Part shown: positions 35,129 to 43,980 of the stretch, in pieces
How positions within the stretch are numbered: position 1 is the first letter of the stretch
Layout: every line of letters begins with the position of its first letter
IMG/VR virus record: IMGVR_UViG_3300013127_000002
Span: 1 to 64,000 of that record
DNA: 64,000 nt
Reading direction: 5' to 3' (one strand)
Origin: a virus
The notes under the pieces: model-generated
What the model saw: only the letters and a program-made list of their open reading frames with translations
Database searches by the model: none
What the model was told of the DNA's origin: nothing
Made by a program: the position numbers and the translations under genes

Positions 35129-35891
35129 TGTTCTTCTCCTGTTCCGGCGTCTCGATCACGACGTTCTCCCCGCGGTTCTTGGCTTCCATCCCCAGAAGGA
35201 TACCCGCGAGTTTCTGCCGGGCGCTGCGGAGCATCTTCATGCTCTGGCAGCTATCACACTTCAGGTCGACCTGTTGGACGTTTCGCTTCTCCCCGTCGAT
35301 GCGGTAGAAGCGTTCCTGGATGTTCAGGCCGAACAGCTTCACGGACTTCTCCCAGCGCTCCTGGGACAGCTTGTTGTACTCGTCCGCCTTTGCCTTGAGT
35401 GTCTTCTCCAGGGTCTCACACTCCTGGAAGAGGGTCTCGATCTTCTCCGAGAGTTCCTTCAGCTCGGGCTCCTCGTTGAAGAGGCCGGCGGTGCGGGTAG
35501 CGACGTGCTTCTCGCACTCGTGGTCGGAGCGGAAGACCAGGGTGATTGCTTCCGACATCGCGGCGTAGAGTTCGTCTTCATGCCCCGGAGGCACGGGGAT
35601 CTCCTGCGACTTCTGCAACATCGTGTTCAGCTGCGAGGCTTCTCGCGGCATCTGACAGCCGGAGTGGGCTTTCAGGACCTGCATGGCTCCTTTGCCGTCG
35701 GGTAGCGGGTTGAACCGCTCCTTGCTCGCGGTCTGTTGCTGGGCCATGCCTGGGGGCATTCCAGGCATTCCGGGCATCCCGCCCATAGCGCCTGGGGGCA
35801 TGCGGCCGGCCAGCTGCTTCACCATCTCGGGGCTCATTCCGGGAGGGAGTCCTCCCATGCCTGGAGGCATCGGTCCTCTACGTCCGCTCAT
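35028..35891 (-). CDS. Coiled-coil protein with M/P/G low-complexity N-terminus and Cys/His sites
   Basis: MSGRRGPMPPGMGG...; HSGC, HEC, CDSC. Confidence 0.7.
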   Translation of the reverse strand: MSGRRGPMPPGMGGLPPGMSPEMVKQLAGRMPPGAMGGMPGMPGMPPGMAQQQTASKERFNPLPDGKGAMQVLKAHSGCQMPREASQLNTMLQKSQEIPVPPGHEDELYAAMSEAITLVFRSDHECEKHVATRTAGLFNEEPELKELSEKIETLFQECETLEKTLKAKADEYNKLSQERWEKSVKLFGLNIQERFYRIDGEKRNVQQVDLKCDSCQSMKMLRSARQKLAGILLGMEAKNRGENVVIETPEQEKNNGADGGNEGLDAQGDGQPDRDTGQAPPVDGEGA

Positions 35892-36324
35892 CCTCTTGCT
35901 CCTTTTCTTTTTCCTCTTGCGGGGGGAGATCCACACAGATCTCGTTATGGATGCTATAGCTTCCGGTCGTTAACGTCAATACCGGCTCCTGGATAACGGT
36001 GCCTTTTCGTTCGAAACGGATAGCAGGCTCATCCAGGTCCTTCGGAGTCCACCCTTGATCCTCCATGAAGACGTAAGACAGGATCCTTCTGTCGAGTATC
36101 GAAACCTCGATAGGACTATTCTTGGTGATCTCGTGTGTGCAGATGACTCCGCGTAGAATGTACTTTCTCTCCGAGGTCGATACACGGTTCATGGCTTGGG
36201 CTTCGCCTACCGCGGAGTCCCAGGTCAAAACGATTTGCGTGATGATCGACGGGTCTTCAGACGGGTCGGTTTCTACTACTTGGCCTACTCGGGGGTTATC
36301 CGGGAACTGTGGCATCGTATCCAC
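35878..36324 (-). CDS. Hypothetical protein
   Basis: AGGAG RBS. Confidence 0.6.
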   Translation of the reverse strand: MDTMPQFPDNPRVGQVVETDPSEDPSIITQIVLTWDSAVGEAQAMNRVSTSERKYILRGVICTHEITKNSPIEVSILDRRILSYVFMEDQGWTPKDLDEPAIRFERKGTVIQEPVLTLTTGSYSIHNEICVDLPPQEEKEKEQEDERT

Positions 36325-36857
36325 TCCTCTACGTTGACAGTGATTTCCTTGAACATCTCTTCCTGCCGACCCTCCAGGTTGATGAATGCCGTGCGGAACA
36401 GGTCGAACGGGATCTTCTCTACGGAGGTCTCGCTGGCGTGTTGCATCATTGAGGTGCCCTTGTTCGGGTTGTCAGGACGTTGGATAAGGATGAGGTCCCC
36501 GCCGAACTTGTTGACTATCGCTTCAGCCTCGTTTGGAAAGCGCACATCCGTAATGACGATTTTTTCGAACGGGTGATTAAGGAGTTCTCTCCCGAGGTGG
36601 GTTACCCAGATATCCGGGTCATAGGCACGCCCGACTTCTGTGCCCAACTGTTGTAATAGCGTTCTGACCTTTTCTGGTTTGGCTGAGACGCGAAGAACCT
36701 CCCACGGCACTCCGAAGTAGTCGTGCGCGATCTCCTTGATCGGGTCGGCCAACGCCATCCGGATGAACCCGTGTTTGTTTACCAGGTAATCCGCGACCAT
36801 GTCCTTGCCTGCCCCGGCATGGCCGCAGATTCCCAGAACGTAGTTGATACTACACAT
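36285..36857 (-). CDS. Deoxynucleoside monophosphate kinase (T4 gp1/T5-like)
   Basis: GHAGAGKD P-loop, ADPIKE, R.LLQ.LGTE, ITDVRFPNE, HASE. Confidence 0.9.
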   Translation of the reverse strand: MCSINYVLGICGHAGAGKDMVADYLVNKHGFIRMALADPIKEIAHDYFGVPWEVLRVSAKPEKVRTLLQQLGTEVGRAYDPDIWVTHLGRELLNHPFEKIVITDVRFPNEAEAIVNKFGGDLILIQRPDNPNKGTSMMQHASETSVEKIPFDLFRTAFINLEGRQEEMFKEITVNVEEWIRCHSSRITPE

Positions 36858-37164
36858 CTTCCTCATCTTCGGGCTCTGGTGGCGGAGCTGGAGGCTCCGG
36901 AAGGTCAACCGTGTTTTCGGTTTCCACGACGTCCACTCTCTCGGCAGCAGCGATTCCGTCATCGAGTCCGATGAGCAGGAAGCGTTTGCCCTGGTTCCTC
37001 AGAAGGAACACGGGCAGGACGTTCTTCTTCTCGTCGAGGACGACGTCTTCCAGGTAGACTATCTTCTGGAAGACGGACGGGATGGAATCCTTCCACGTCC
37101 CATCGACGATGAGGATGCTCCCGGAGTCAGTCTCTACATGTCCTATCAGTTTCTGGTCTCCCAT
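36850..37164 (-). CDS. Hypothetical protein
   Basis: AAGGAG RBS; IG.V..DSG.ILIVD. Confidence 0.6.
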   Translation of the reverse strand: MGDQKLIGHVETDSGSILIVDGTWKDSIPSVFQKIVYLEDVVLDEKKNVLPVFLLRNQGKRFLLIGLDDGIAAAERVDVVETENTVDLPEPPAPPPEPEDEEDV

Positions 37165-37175
37165 GTTCGCTCCTT

Positions 37176-38336
37176 CTATCTGGTACGTTCTACCCGGTAG
37201 CGAGGTTTCTTTCTAGACGTATCGATTATGACGTGGCCTCGCTCGATCTCGTCCTTCCGAGCACCTAGCCAGCGTGCTACGGATGTGATTTTCGAGTCGT
37301 ACACGAGTGCCCTGTCTGTGCGTGGGTTCCATCCAGGCCACAACATCCAGGGACGCGGGTGTGGTTCCTTTATCTTGTAGCGGTACGAGTACTGGATGGC
37401 CCGGCGGGTCATCTCTTGGATACCCATGTGGATCCCGGGAACCATTGAGGTCTGTTTGTTGAACCGGTCACGGCTGAGTTTCTTGATCGAGGTTCTCAGC
37501 TGCCACGGTCCGATGTCGCTCTTCCCGCAGATCTTCACCTTCTTACCGTTGGGCATCGTTGTCGTGGCGCTGGGGTAGTATGAGTCCTGCAAGATGGCCC
37601 ACACGGTTTCCCGGTCGTAGGAAAGCTGGAACTTTTCCACGAGCTTCTTCGACACCTTGCGTCTGGTAGTTTTGCCGTGCCAGGTTTCCGAAACGAGACG
37701 TCTCTCTTCAGATTCCGACGCCCACTTGCGAGTGGGGTAATCGAGAGCACACGGATCGAAGCCTCCTTCGTTTGCGTGAGACGCGAATACCCCCCAGAGA
37801 GGCATGGTGACTCCAGTACGTTTCTCGACGTCTTCCATCGACGATAAGAACAGCGCCGCCCACTCCCCGGCTTGCTGGACGACGTCTTCTGTGGGGACTG
37901 CTTTTCCGCACTTCTGCCAAAAGACCGCGCGGGGTTTGTTTTTGCCGGCGGGCACAGTACGCGAGCGTAGAATTGCGACGGAAAGACGGTAGAGCAACGT
38001 GGCTTCAGGGCCGGGATTAGCCCAAAGGTTATCCAGATCAATGTTTCCGACAATCTCGTTTTCGATACGTGTTTTCCATTCATCTGACAGGTCAGGGGCA
38101 GGTTCTTCCTCCTCTGCTTGAATGGACTCTTCGGCGAAGTTCTCTGACTCTATCCTGAGGATTTCTTCGATATCAGGGATAAGCTCCCCTGCCATCTGTA
38201 TGTCGTCTTGCGCTTCTCGGTTGAACGAGCTCCCGGATGGGTTGTCGGGGGCTTCTAGTTCGTCGGTCAGTGCTACTGCGGCTCCCATTAACATGGCCGC
38301 GATGGTACAGGCGATTAACGATACGGGCACTCTCAT
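37176..38336 (-). CDS. Signal-peptide-bearing lysozyme/transglycosylase-like protein
   Basis: N-terminal signal; acidic linker; ANEGGFDP and SDIGPWQL resemble the SLT E..S/G-F and D.G..Q motifs. Confidence 0.5.
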   Translation of the reverse strand: MRVPVSLIACTIAAMLMGAAVALTDELEAPDNPSGSSFNREAQDDIQMAGELIPDIEEILRIESENFAEESIQAEEEEPAPDLSDEWKTRIENEIVGNIDLDNLWANPGPEATLLYRLSVAILRSRTVPAGKNKPRAVFWQKCGKAVPTEDVVQQAGEWAALFLSSMEDVEKRTGVTMPLWGVFASHANEGGFDPCALDYPTRKWASESEERRLVSETWHGKTTRRKVSKKLVEKFQLSYDRETVWAILQDSYYPSATTTMPNGKKVKICGKSDIGPWQLRTSIKKLSRDRFNKQTSMVPGIHMGIQEMTRRAIQYSYRYKIKEPHPRPWMLWPGWNPRTDRALVYDSKITSVARWLGARKDEIERGHVIIDTSRKKPRYRVERTR

Positions 38337-38458
38337 GTTACCTCCTCCCTCGGACCCCTGCGGGCCGGGATTGGTGTAAAGCACACTTTTTGTGCAGACG
38401 AACTCCTTTCGTTTGATGTGTGTGTAGGCCGATTATAGCGGAAAGAGCGGAGAGGGTG

Positions 38459-38806
38459 CTAGGCTTTCTTGACGTTTTCCTGGAACCAGGACCAGACGTC
38501 CTTGCAGATGTTATCGAACTTCACGAGTCCGTCGGGATAGAAGTGCCGATTGTTGCAGTTTTCCAGGTAGACCGCTGCCACGATCTCCTCCTGGGTCAGA
38601 CCATGGTCCTGGCCGTACAGTCGGATGTAATCGTTGAGGGACTGAGTACAAGCCCCTACCCTCTTGAAGAAGTCTGCTTCTTGGGCTTGTGCCATCGCTT
38701 GTGACGCCTTGTTGGGGTCCTGTTTGCTGCCAGGAACGCGTGTTGCTTCGATTTTCTTCCATCCACCGTTGCCGTCGGGGACAGACACCATTTCGTTTTC
38801 GGACAT
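38459..38806 (-). CDS. Hypothetical protein
   Basis: Packed ORF. Confidence 0.6.
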   Translation of the reverse strand: MSENEMVSVPDGNGGWKKIEATRVPGSKQDPNKASQAMAQAQEADFFKRVGACTQSLNDYIRLYGQDHGLTQEEIVAAVYLENCNNRHFYPDGLVKFDNICKDVWSWFQENVKKA

Positions 38807-39066
38807 CACTCTTCCACTCCTCTCTTCTCCCACCACGGGCACGTGGTGATGATGTCGTTCTCGTGCACCATGAAGATCTTGGCTTGCATGGTCGGGAGTT
38901 CTTCTACGATCGCCCCGGGAGGAAAGACGTGGTCCCCTACCTTGTTTTTCGGGTAGACCGACCGCTTCAGGCAGGGACCGCTGTGCAGCTTTTTCGGGGG
39001 AGCGTTCTTCTGCACTTTTCTCAGGGCCCAGTAATACTTGCAGGTACCGCAGGATTTCGTCGCCAT
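38806..39066 (-). CDS. Cys-rich hypothetical protein
   Basis: CGTCKY...C...C. Confidence 0.6.
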   Translation of the reverse strand: MATKSCGTCKYYWALRKVQKNAPPKKLHSGPCLKRSVYPKNKVGDHVFPPGAIVEELPTMQAKIFMVHENDIITTCPWWEKRGVEE

Positions 39067-39071
39067 GTTGT

Positions 39072-39536
39072 TTATCCTCTCACGTGGAGTTTTGCTTTGT
39101 GCTTTGCCAGAAGACTGGTGACCGGGAGACTGTGCAGGGCGTGTGCGATTCGCCTGAACGCCGTGGCCTCGGTTTGCATGACCCCGGTCGAGACCACAAT
39201 CACCGCAGTCTTGGAGCGCAGAACCATCTCCCCGGGTTCCGCGATGTAGGCAATTGTTGGGCGCAGTACTTTTATACCACATTCTCGCAGTTCTGCGCGA
39301 AAGCGCTCGTTTACTTCGTAAAGAAGTTTGGACAGGCGCTCGGAAACTTCTCCGATTTCGTCGTCATCTGCGTCATCGAGATCACCGAAACTCACGCCGA
39401 AGGAGTCTCCATCCAGCCGTACACGGAGTTCGCTCGGTGGCATTTCGGGGTCGGCGTCTTTCTTGAGGAATTTCGGGTCTTCCTTTCCCGGTTCAGGTTC
39501 TCGGTACGGGTTGAAGATCCCTGCGGGGTTGTTCAT
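39072..39536 (-). CDS. Hypothetical protein
   Basis: AAGGAG RBS. Confidence 0.6.
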   Translation of the reverse strand: MNNPAGIFNPYREPEPGKEDPKFLKKDADPEMPPSELRVRLDGDSFGVSFGDLDDADDDEIGEVSERLSKLLYEVNERFRAELRECGIKVLRPTIAYIAEPGEMVLRSKTAVIVVSTGVMQTEATAFRRIAHALHSLPVTSLLAKHKAKLHVRG

Positions 39537-39748
39537 GATAGTCCTACTCCTTTCGAGAGATCAGGATCGCGGCAGTCTATGTGGACAAGTTCAAACTCTT
39601 CGAGGAAGAAAGCTCCGAGCGATGCTAGATTCAGAGGGTGAACGCCCACATGGTCGATGATGAACGCTTGCGTTACACGATCGCCGGGTTCGAACCGCTT
39701 TCGGCATCGACCGCAGGTGGTTGAGTCTACTGTTGGGTGGTGTGCCAT
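39533..39748 (-). CDS. Zinc-finger protein (CxxC...HxxC)
   Basis: CGRC...GDRV...HIDC. Confidence 0.65.
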   Translation of the reverse strand: MAHHPTVDSTTCGRCRKRFEPGDRVTQAFIIDHVGVHPLNLASLGAFFLEEFELVHIDCRDPDLSKGVGLS

Positions 39749-39753
39749 GTTCG

Positions 39754-39787
39754 AAAAAAAAGAGCGACTCCGCCGTTAAGCGGAGTC
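39754..39787 (-). terminator. Rho-independent terminator
   Basis: GACTCCGC/GCGGAGTC stem followed by T8 on the minus strand. Confidence 0.7.
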
Positions 39788-39797
39788 TGCTCGGTTC

Positions 39798-39947
39798 TTA
39801 CTTCTTGCCCAGATCGGCGAGAAGCTTCTTGGTGATGCGAACCTTCGTGCCGCAGGACTTGCATACCCCGATCTCTCCGGGCATGGCCACGACCTTGGTG
39901 TCGCACTTGGGGCAGGGCACTACTTTCGAACCGGGTTGCCTGGGCAT
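39798..39947 (-). CDS. Small zinc-ribbon protein (49 aa)
   Basis: AAGGAG RBS; CPKC...CKSCG. Confidence 0.65.
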   Translation of the reverse strand: MPRQPGSKVVPCPKCDTKVVAMPGEIGVCKSCGTKVRITKKLLADLGKK

Positions 39948-39968
39948 CGTCTTTCTCCTTTTTGCTGG

Positions 39969-42263
39969 TTAATGTCCGTTAACGTCTGTTAACGGCTCAT
40001 TAAGGAAGTTAACAGCTGTAAAGAAGTTGTCAACCACGTTTTCGAATCCCAAGGATAAAACGATCATCTTTCCGTAACCTGCTGGCCCATACGGTTTGCC
40101 TGATGCGACTTTCTTTTCGAGCTTGTCCCAATTTGAGGCATGCGCTTCCGGGTTTGAGGTCGAGGTCCAGAGCCGGGTGTCCAGGATCGCAATGACCCCC
40201 TTGTCGGACGTCGAGCGGATAAGTCGTCCTGTTCCTTGTCGGAGGTCGAAGATCATCTTCGGAACGTAAACGTCGTGGAACCAACTCTTCCCCGCGCGCT
40301 TGACCAACTCCTTGATGACGGCGTCAGACTGGTTGGGGAAAGGCAGCTTGGGGATGATGACGAGTCGCAGCTTCTCTCCTACGACGTCGATCCCCTCCCA
40401 GAAACTCTTCAGCCCGAATAGCACGCTCTTGGGAGTGTTTCGGTACTCTTCTAGAAGGGCTTCCGCGCCTTCATCCTGTTGTGCGAGCAGGTTGAGCCCG
40501 TAACTCTTGAAGTGCTCTTCGGTCATTGCCTTCACGTCTCGGAGGTCTGTCCTTGCCGTGAAGAGTACAAAGGCGTCTCCGTTCGAGTACCGGCACAGCC
40601 GGAGGATCTCCATGGAGACGGCCTTCAACCAGTTCTCGTGGTTGGCCTGGTCAGACGGATTCGGGATCGGCGTGTCGTACGTGTAGCGGGGCGTGTAGAG
40701 CCGCGCCTGTCTGTTGTAGTCGAAGGGGCTCTCGTAGAAGCGCTCGACGGTGTTGTATTTGTCTAAAGTGGTGATTGTTCGGGTTCTTGGAGTCGCGGGT
40801 ACCCTCGGAAGAGGTGTAAGATCCAACCCTATGCGTTTCTTGAAGTAGTCGAACTTCTTGTTCACGGCCAGCGTGGCGGAGACGAATGCCTTGGTATTGA
40901 TCTTCTCCAGCGCGGCCTGTACCAGCGGGCCAATTTCGATGGGTGTTCGGATGAGGTGAGCGTCTCCGTTGCGCTCTTCGTACAGGAGAACAAATTGTTT
41001 TTCAGGATCAGGTGTCTGGAGCTGTAGGACCAACTCTTCAAGGGACTTCATCCTGCTGCACATTTTCTTCAGCTTGCTTATGCCCAGGAAGACGTGGGCC
41101 TGCGAGTACTCCCCTGTCGCAGTATTGGACATCTTGCTCATGGTGGTCTCGAACAGCGCACTCATGACTTTGAGTCGGTCCGTGTAGTCTTTCATCATGG
41201 AGGCCGCGACTTCTCGCAGCTTGTCCTGATTGATGACCTTGGAGGATGAGTCCATGTAGTCCCGCGCATACGCGGCTAAAGACGTTATGCCGTCTTGAAG
41301 TTTGGAGAGTCCTCCCAGCAGGTTCGAGGCGGACGTGTTTGCCAGATCCTCGATCATCATTTCAAGGTCGTGGTCTTCCCGGAGAATCCGCATGGATTTC
41401 TTGAAGTGGTTTACGCTGACCGTGTCTGTGTAAGCGGAACGTACCGCTTCTTCGAAGTGGTGGGCCTCGTCTACGATGAGAATGTCGAATCTACCGAGAA
41501 TCTTTTCCCCGTACCGAAGCTGGTAGGCCAGCACGTGGTGGTTGGTCACGATGATGTTGTAGTTCTTCGGTTTGGGACGACAAGCGATCCGGCACCCGCC
41601 CATGTTCGGACAATTGTCGGTTGAGATGTCTGCGAAGTGGTCGGACAGCTCAGGAAAATCGGACCGCTCGATCCAGGTCCTGAGGACCCCGTACTTCACC
41701 CCGGTAGTGATGTAGGCGAGTCTGCGTAGGAGTGCAGCACTCTTCTCCTTGTTGAAGGGGTTTTTCTTCAACACCTCTGATACGAGGTCCGGACAGAGAT
41801 AGTTAGTCTTGCCTTTGATGTTGATGAAGTTGAACTTTCCGTCCGTTTCCGCGTCGAGAGATTCCTCGTCTCCTTCGGTGTTGTTATCGAAGCTGGCGGC
41901 AACGTACGGCATCTTCTCTCTCAGAGTTGGCAAGTCCTTGTCGTAGAGCTGGTGTTGCAGGGTTTTCTTGGCTGTGGCGATGACCAGTCTCTTCCCGGAC
42001 AGGATTCCGGGGACCAGGTAGCCGTAGCTCTTTCCGATGCCCGTACCGCCTTCGGCCAGGAGGATCTCTCCGTTATCGATCGCGTGCTCGATGTCCACAG
42101 CCAGCCGGTACTGTCCTTCTCTTTTTTCTTTTCCGATGCTGAACTTTCCGTCCCGGAACACGTCATCGGCGGTTGTGCTGAATGGTTTTCGGCAGATGGT
42201 GCACAGCTTGATGTCTTTGGCTCCGTCCCACGGCAGGACCAGGCCGCACGTTTTACAAATCAT
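39969..42263 (-). CDS. dinG: DinG/YoaA-family ATP-dependent helicase
   Basis: Q motif REGQ, GTGIGKS, DEAH, SATL, FWEGIDV.G, LPFP, QGTGRLIR; Fe-S Cys; N-terminal Zn ribbon. Confidence 0.92.
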   Translation of the reverse strand: MICKTCGLVLPWDGAKDIKLCTICRKPFSTTADDVFRDGKFSIGKEKREGQYRLAVDIEHAIDNGEILLAEGGTGIGKSYGYLVPGILSGKRLVIATAKKTLQHQLYDKDLPTLREKMPYVAASFDNNTEGDEESLDAETDGKFNFINIKGKTNYLCPDLVSEVLKKNPFNKEKSAALLRRLAYITTGVKYGVLRTWIERSDFPELSDHFADISTDNCPNMGGCRIACRPKPKNYNIIVTNHHVLAYQLRYGEKILGRFDILIVDEAHHFEEAVRSAYTDTVSVNHFKKSMRILREDHDLEMMIEDLANTSASNLLGGLSKLQDGITSLAAYARDYMDSSSKVINQDKLREVAASMMKDYTDRLKVMSALFETTMSKMSNTATGEYSQAHVFLGISKLKKMCSRMKSLEELVLQLQTPDPEKQFVLLYEERNGDAHLIRTPIEIGPLVQAALEKINTKAFVSATLAVNKKFDYFKKRIGLDLTPLPRVPATPRTRTITTLDKYNTVERFYESPFDYNRQARLYTPRYTYDTPIPNPSDQANHENWLKAVSMEILRLCRYSNGDAFVLFTARTDLRDVKAMTEEHFKSYGLNLLAQQDEGAEALLEEYRNTPKSVLFGLKSFWEGIDVVGEKLRLVIIPKLPFPNQSDAVIKELVKRAGKSWFHDVYVPKMIFDLRQGTGRLIRSTSDKGVIAILDTRLWTSTSNPEAHASNWDKLEKKVASGKPYGPAGYGKMIVLSLGFENVVDNFFTAVNFLNEPLTDVNGH

Positions 42264-42823
42264 TTTCCTCCTAGTGCGAGCCTGTGTGCTCGACTAATGT
42301 GTCGTAGAAACGCAAAGTAGATCTCGTCGGACGAGTGCCGGGAAACGTACGACGGGTGGAACGTGAGAATGGCGGTGATGTCACCCCGGTAGTAGACGAC
42401 TTTTCCGCTGTTATCCACAACTGGAATCCTGTGCGGGTTTTCTCCCAGGATGAACGCCTGTGCGAACCTTCCCAGGGCGACAATGACCTTTGGCTTTACG
42501 GCGGAAAGTTGCTTGACCAAGAAGGGTCGACAGTTGTTCAGCTCCTCGTCAGTCGGGTTCCTGTTTTCGGGTGGCCGGCACTTTACACAGTTGAGGATGT
42601 TGTACTCTCCGGGTTTGAATCCTACCCGGGACATGCAGGATCTCAGCAAGGTTCCGGCACGGCCGATGAATGGCACACCTTGTTCGTCTTCTTTCTCCCC
42701 CGGGGCCTCCCCGAGAAAGACGCACGGCGCGGGGACTGCTCCTTCCCCGATCACGACGTTCCGTCTCCCGAGGGCCAGCTCGGGGCACTTCTGGCAGGTT
42801 AGCATCTGCTCGGTGAGCTTCAT
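42260..42823 (-). CDS. udg: Uracil-DNA glycosylase family 4
   Basis: CxxC, GEAPG, G.PF.G.AG, KCRPP.NR, HPS. Confidence 0.92.
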   Translation of the reverse strand: MKLTEQMLTCQKCPELALGRRNVVIGEGAVPAPCVFLGEAPGEKEDEQGVPFIGRAGTLLRSCMSRVGFKPGEYNILNCVKCRPPENRNPTDEELNNCRPFLVKQLSAVKPKVIVALGRFAQAFILGENPHRIPVVDNSGKVVYYRGDITAILTFHPSYVSRHSSDEIYFAFLRHISRAHRLALGGK

Positions 42824-42910
42824 TTGGTGACCCTCCTTGGTTGGCGCTTGTCTTTTACCACAGAATATCTTAAAGCTTGGTTAACCCCTCTTTAACAAGG
42901 AGATATTCAA

Positions 42911-43561
42911 ATGGCAGATCCCACCACCAAGGCGCCGCCCCTCATCGGGCATTTCGACGGACAGGCTCGCGGACCGCAGCAGAACTCCCCGCGCGTACCG
43001 CGCAAGGAACCGCCATCAGGGGAACCGAATGACCCGGCGGACAAGGCCGTCCAAGAGACCATGGACATTGTCGACAAGCAGATCCTGGAACCCATGATCA
43101 AGGAAGGTACGCCGGAAGGGGTTGCTGAGACCTACGAGGAAGGGCTGAAGAAGGTCGGGCTGACACTGGCGGATGCCCGGGCCATCATGGAGCAGGTTCT
43201 CGTCAACAACTTCTACGAAGAGACCTACTACATCCAGAGCCTTCCGGTGACCTTCAGGACGCGGAGCTACCACGACACCGTGCGGCTTCACAAGTTCCTG
43301 ACTGCGGAGAGCCCGGTCTACCAGGCGAGCATCCAGGATCTCATTGCCCGACACAACCTGGCGGCGGCGCTCAAGAAGTACGGGGACCGGGAATTTGCGT
43401 TTCCGGATGATGCATCGAAGGCGGAAGATGCGTTCGACGAACGGATGACCTTCGTGGAGAGTCGGGTCGAGCACGTCACTACACGCCTCATGAAGCTGGC
43501 CTACAAGTTCGACGAGAAGCTGACGAAGGTCTTCGCTGACGGGGCTCCCCAGGATTTTTGA
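42911..43561 (+). CDS. Tail assembly chaperone (gpG-like)
   Basis: Two ORFs upstream of the tape measure gene; ends in slippery G GAT TTT TGA. Confidence 0.7.
   Translation: MADPTTKAPPLIGHFDGQARGPQQNSPRVPRKEPPSGEPNDPADKAVQETMDIVDKQILEPMIKEGTPEGVAETYEEGLKKVGLTLADARAIMEQVLVNNFYEETYYIQSLPVTFRTRSYHDTVRLHKFLTAESPVYQASIQDLIARHNLAAALKKYGDREFAFPDDASKAEDAFDERMTFVESRVEHVTTRLMKLAYKFDEKLTKVFADGAPQDF
43552..43558 (+). other. Programmed -1 frameshift site GGATTTT
   Basis: Next ORF is in the -1 frame and lacks a convincing own start/RBS; classic G/GT arrangement. Confidence 0.7.
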
Positions 43562-43980
43562 ACGCGGCAACGGGGCAGGTTAGAGCGTATGCATTTCTGC
43601 ATAACGCTCCGTTGCCGGATGCAGGGTCATTCCAGGAACGACTTCTCAACGAGGTCATCGTTCGCGAGCGCAACGCGCAGTTCGCGATGGTGTCCTTGAT
43701 GGCTCGTTTGCTGGGTACGATCGCCGGGATCCAGCCGAAATCGATGGTGCTCCTGCTCGAAGAGTATAGGGAAGAACTCTTCCAGTTGCGCTATAATCCA
43801 AGGTACAGGAGCGTCAGTCGAGTCCTGGCTGACATGGAGATGTCGAAGGCGGCGGAAGAGACTCGGATGATGCGGCGGGTTGCGGCCATGACGATTTCCG
43901 ACGAGGAACTCGAAAAGTTCCGGCGGGATTCGCGCGAGAAAGCCGAAAAGAAAAAGAAGAAGAAAAAGGCTAAGGGCTGA
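43558..43980 (+). CDS. Tail chaperone frameshift extension (gpT-like)
   Basis: -1 frame ORF that abuts the tape measure start. Confidence 0.65.
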   Translation: MNAATGQVRAYAFLHNAPLPDAGSFQERLLNEVIVRERNAQFAMVSLMARLLGTIAGIQPKSMVLLLEEYREELFQLRYNPRYRSVSRVLADMEMSKAAEETRMMRRVAAMTISDEELEKFRRDSREKAEKKKKKKKAKG

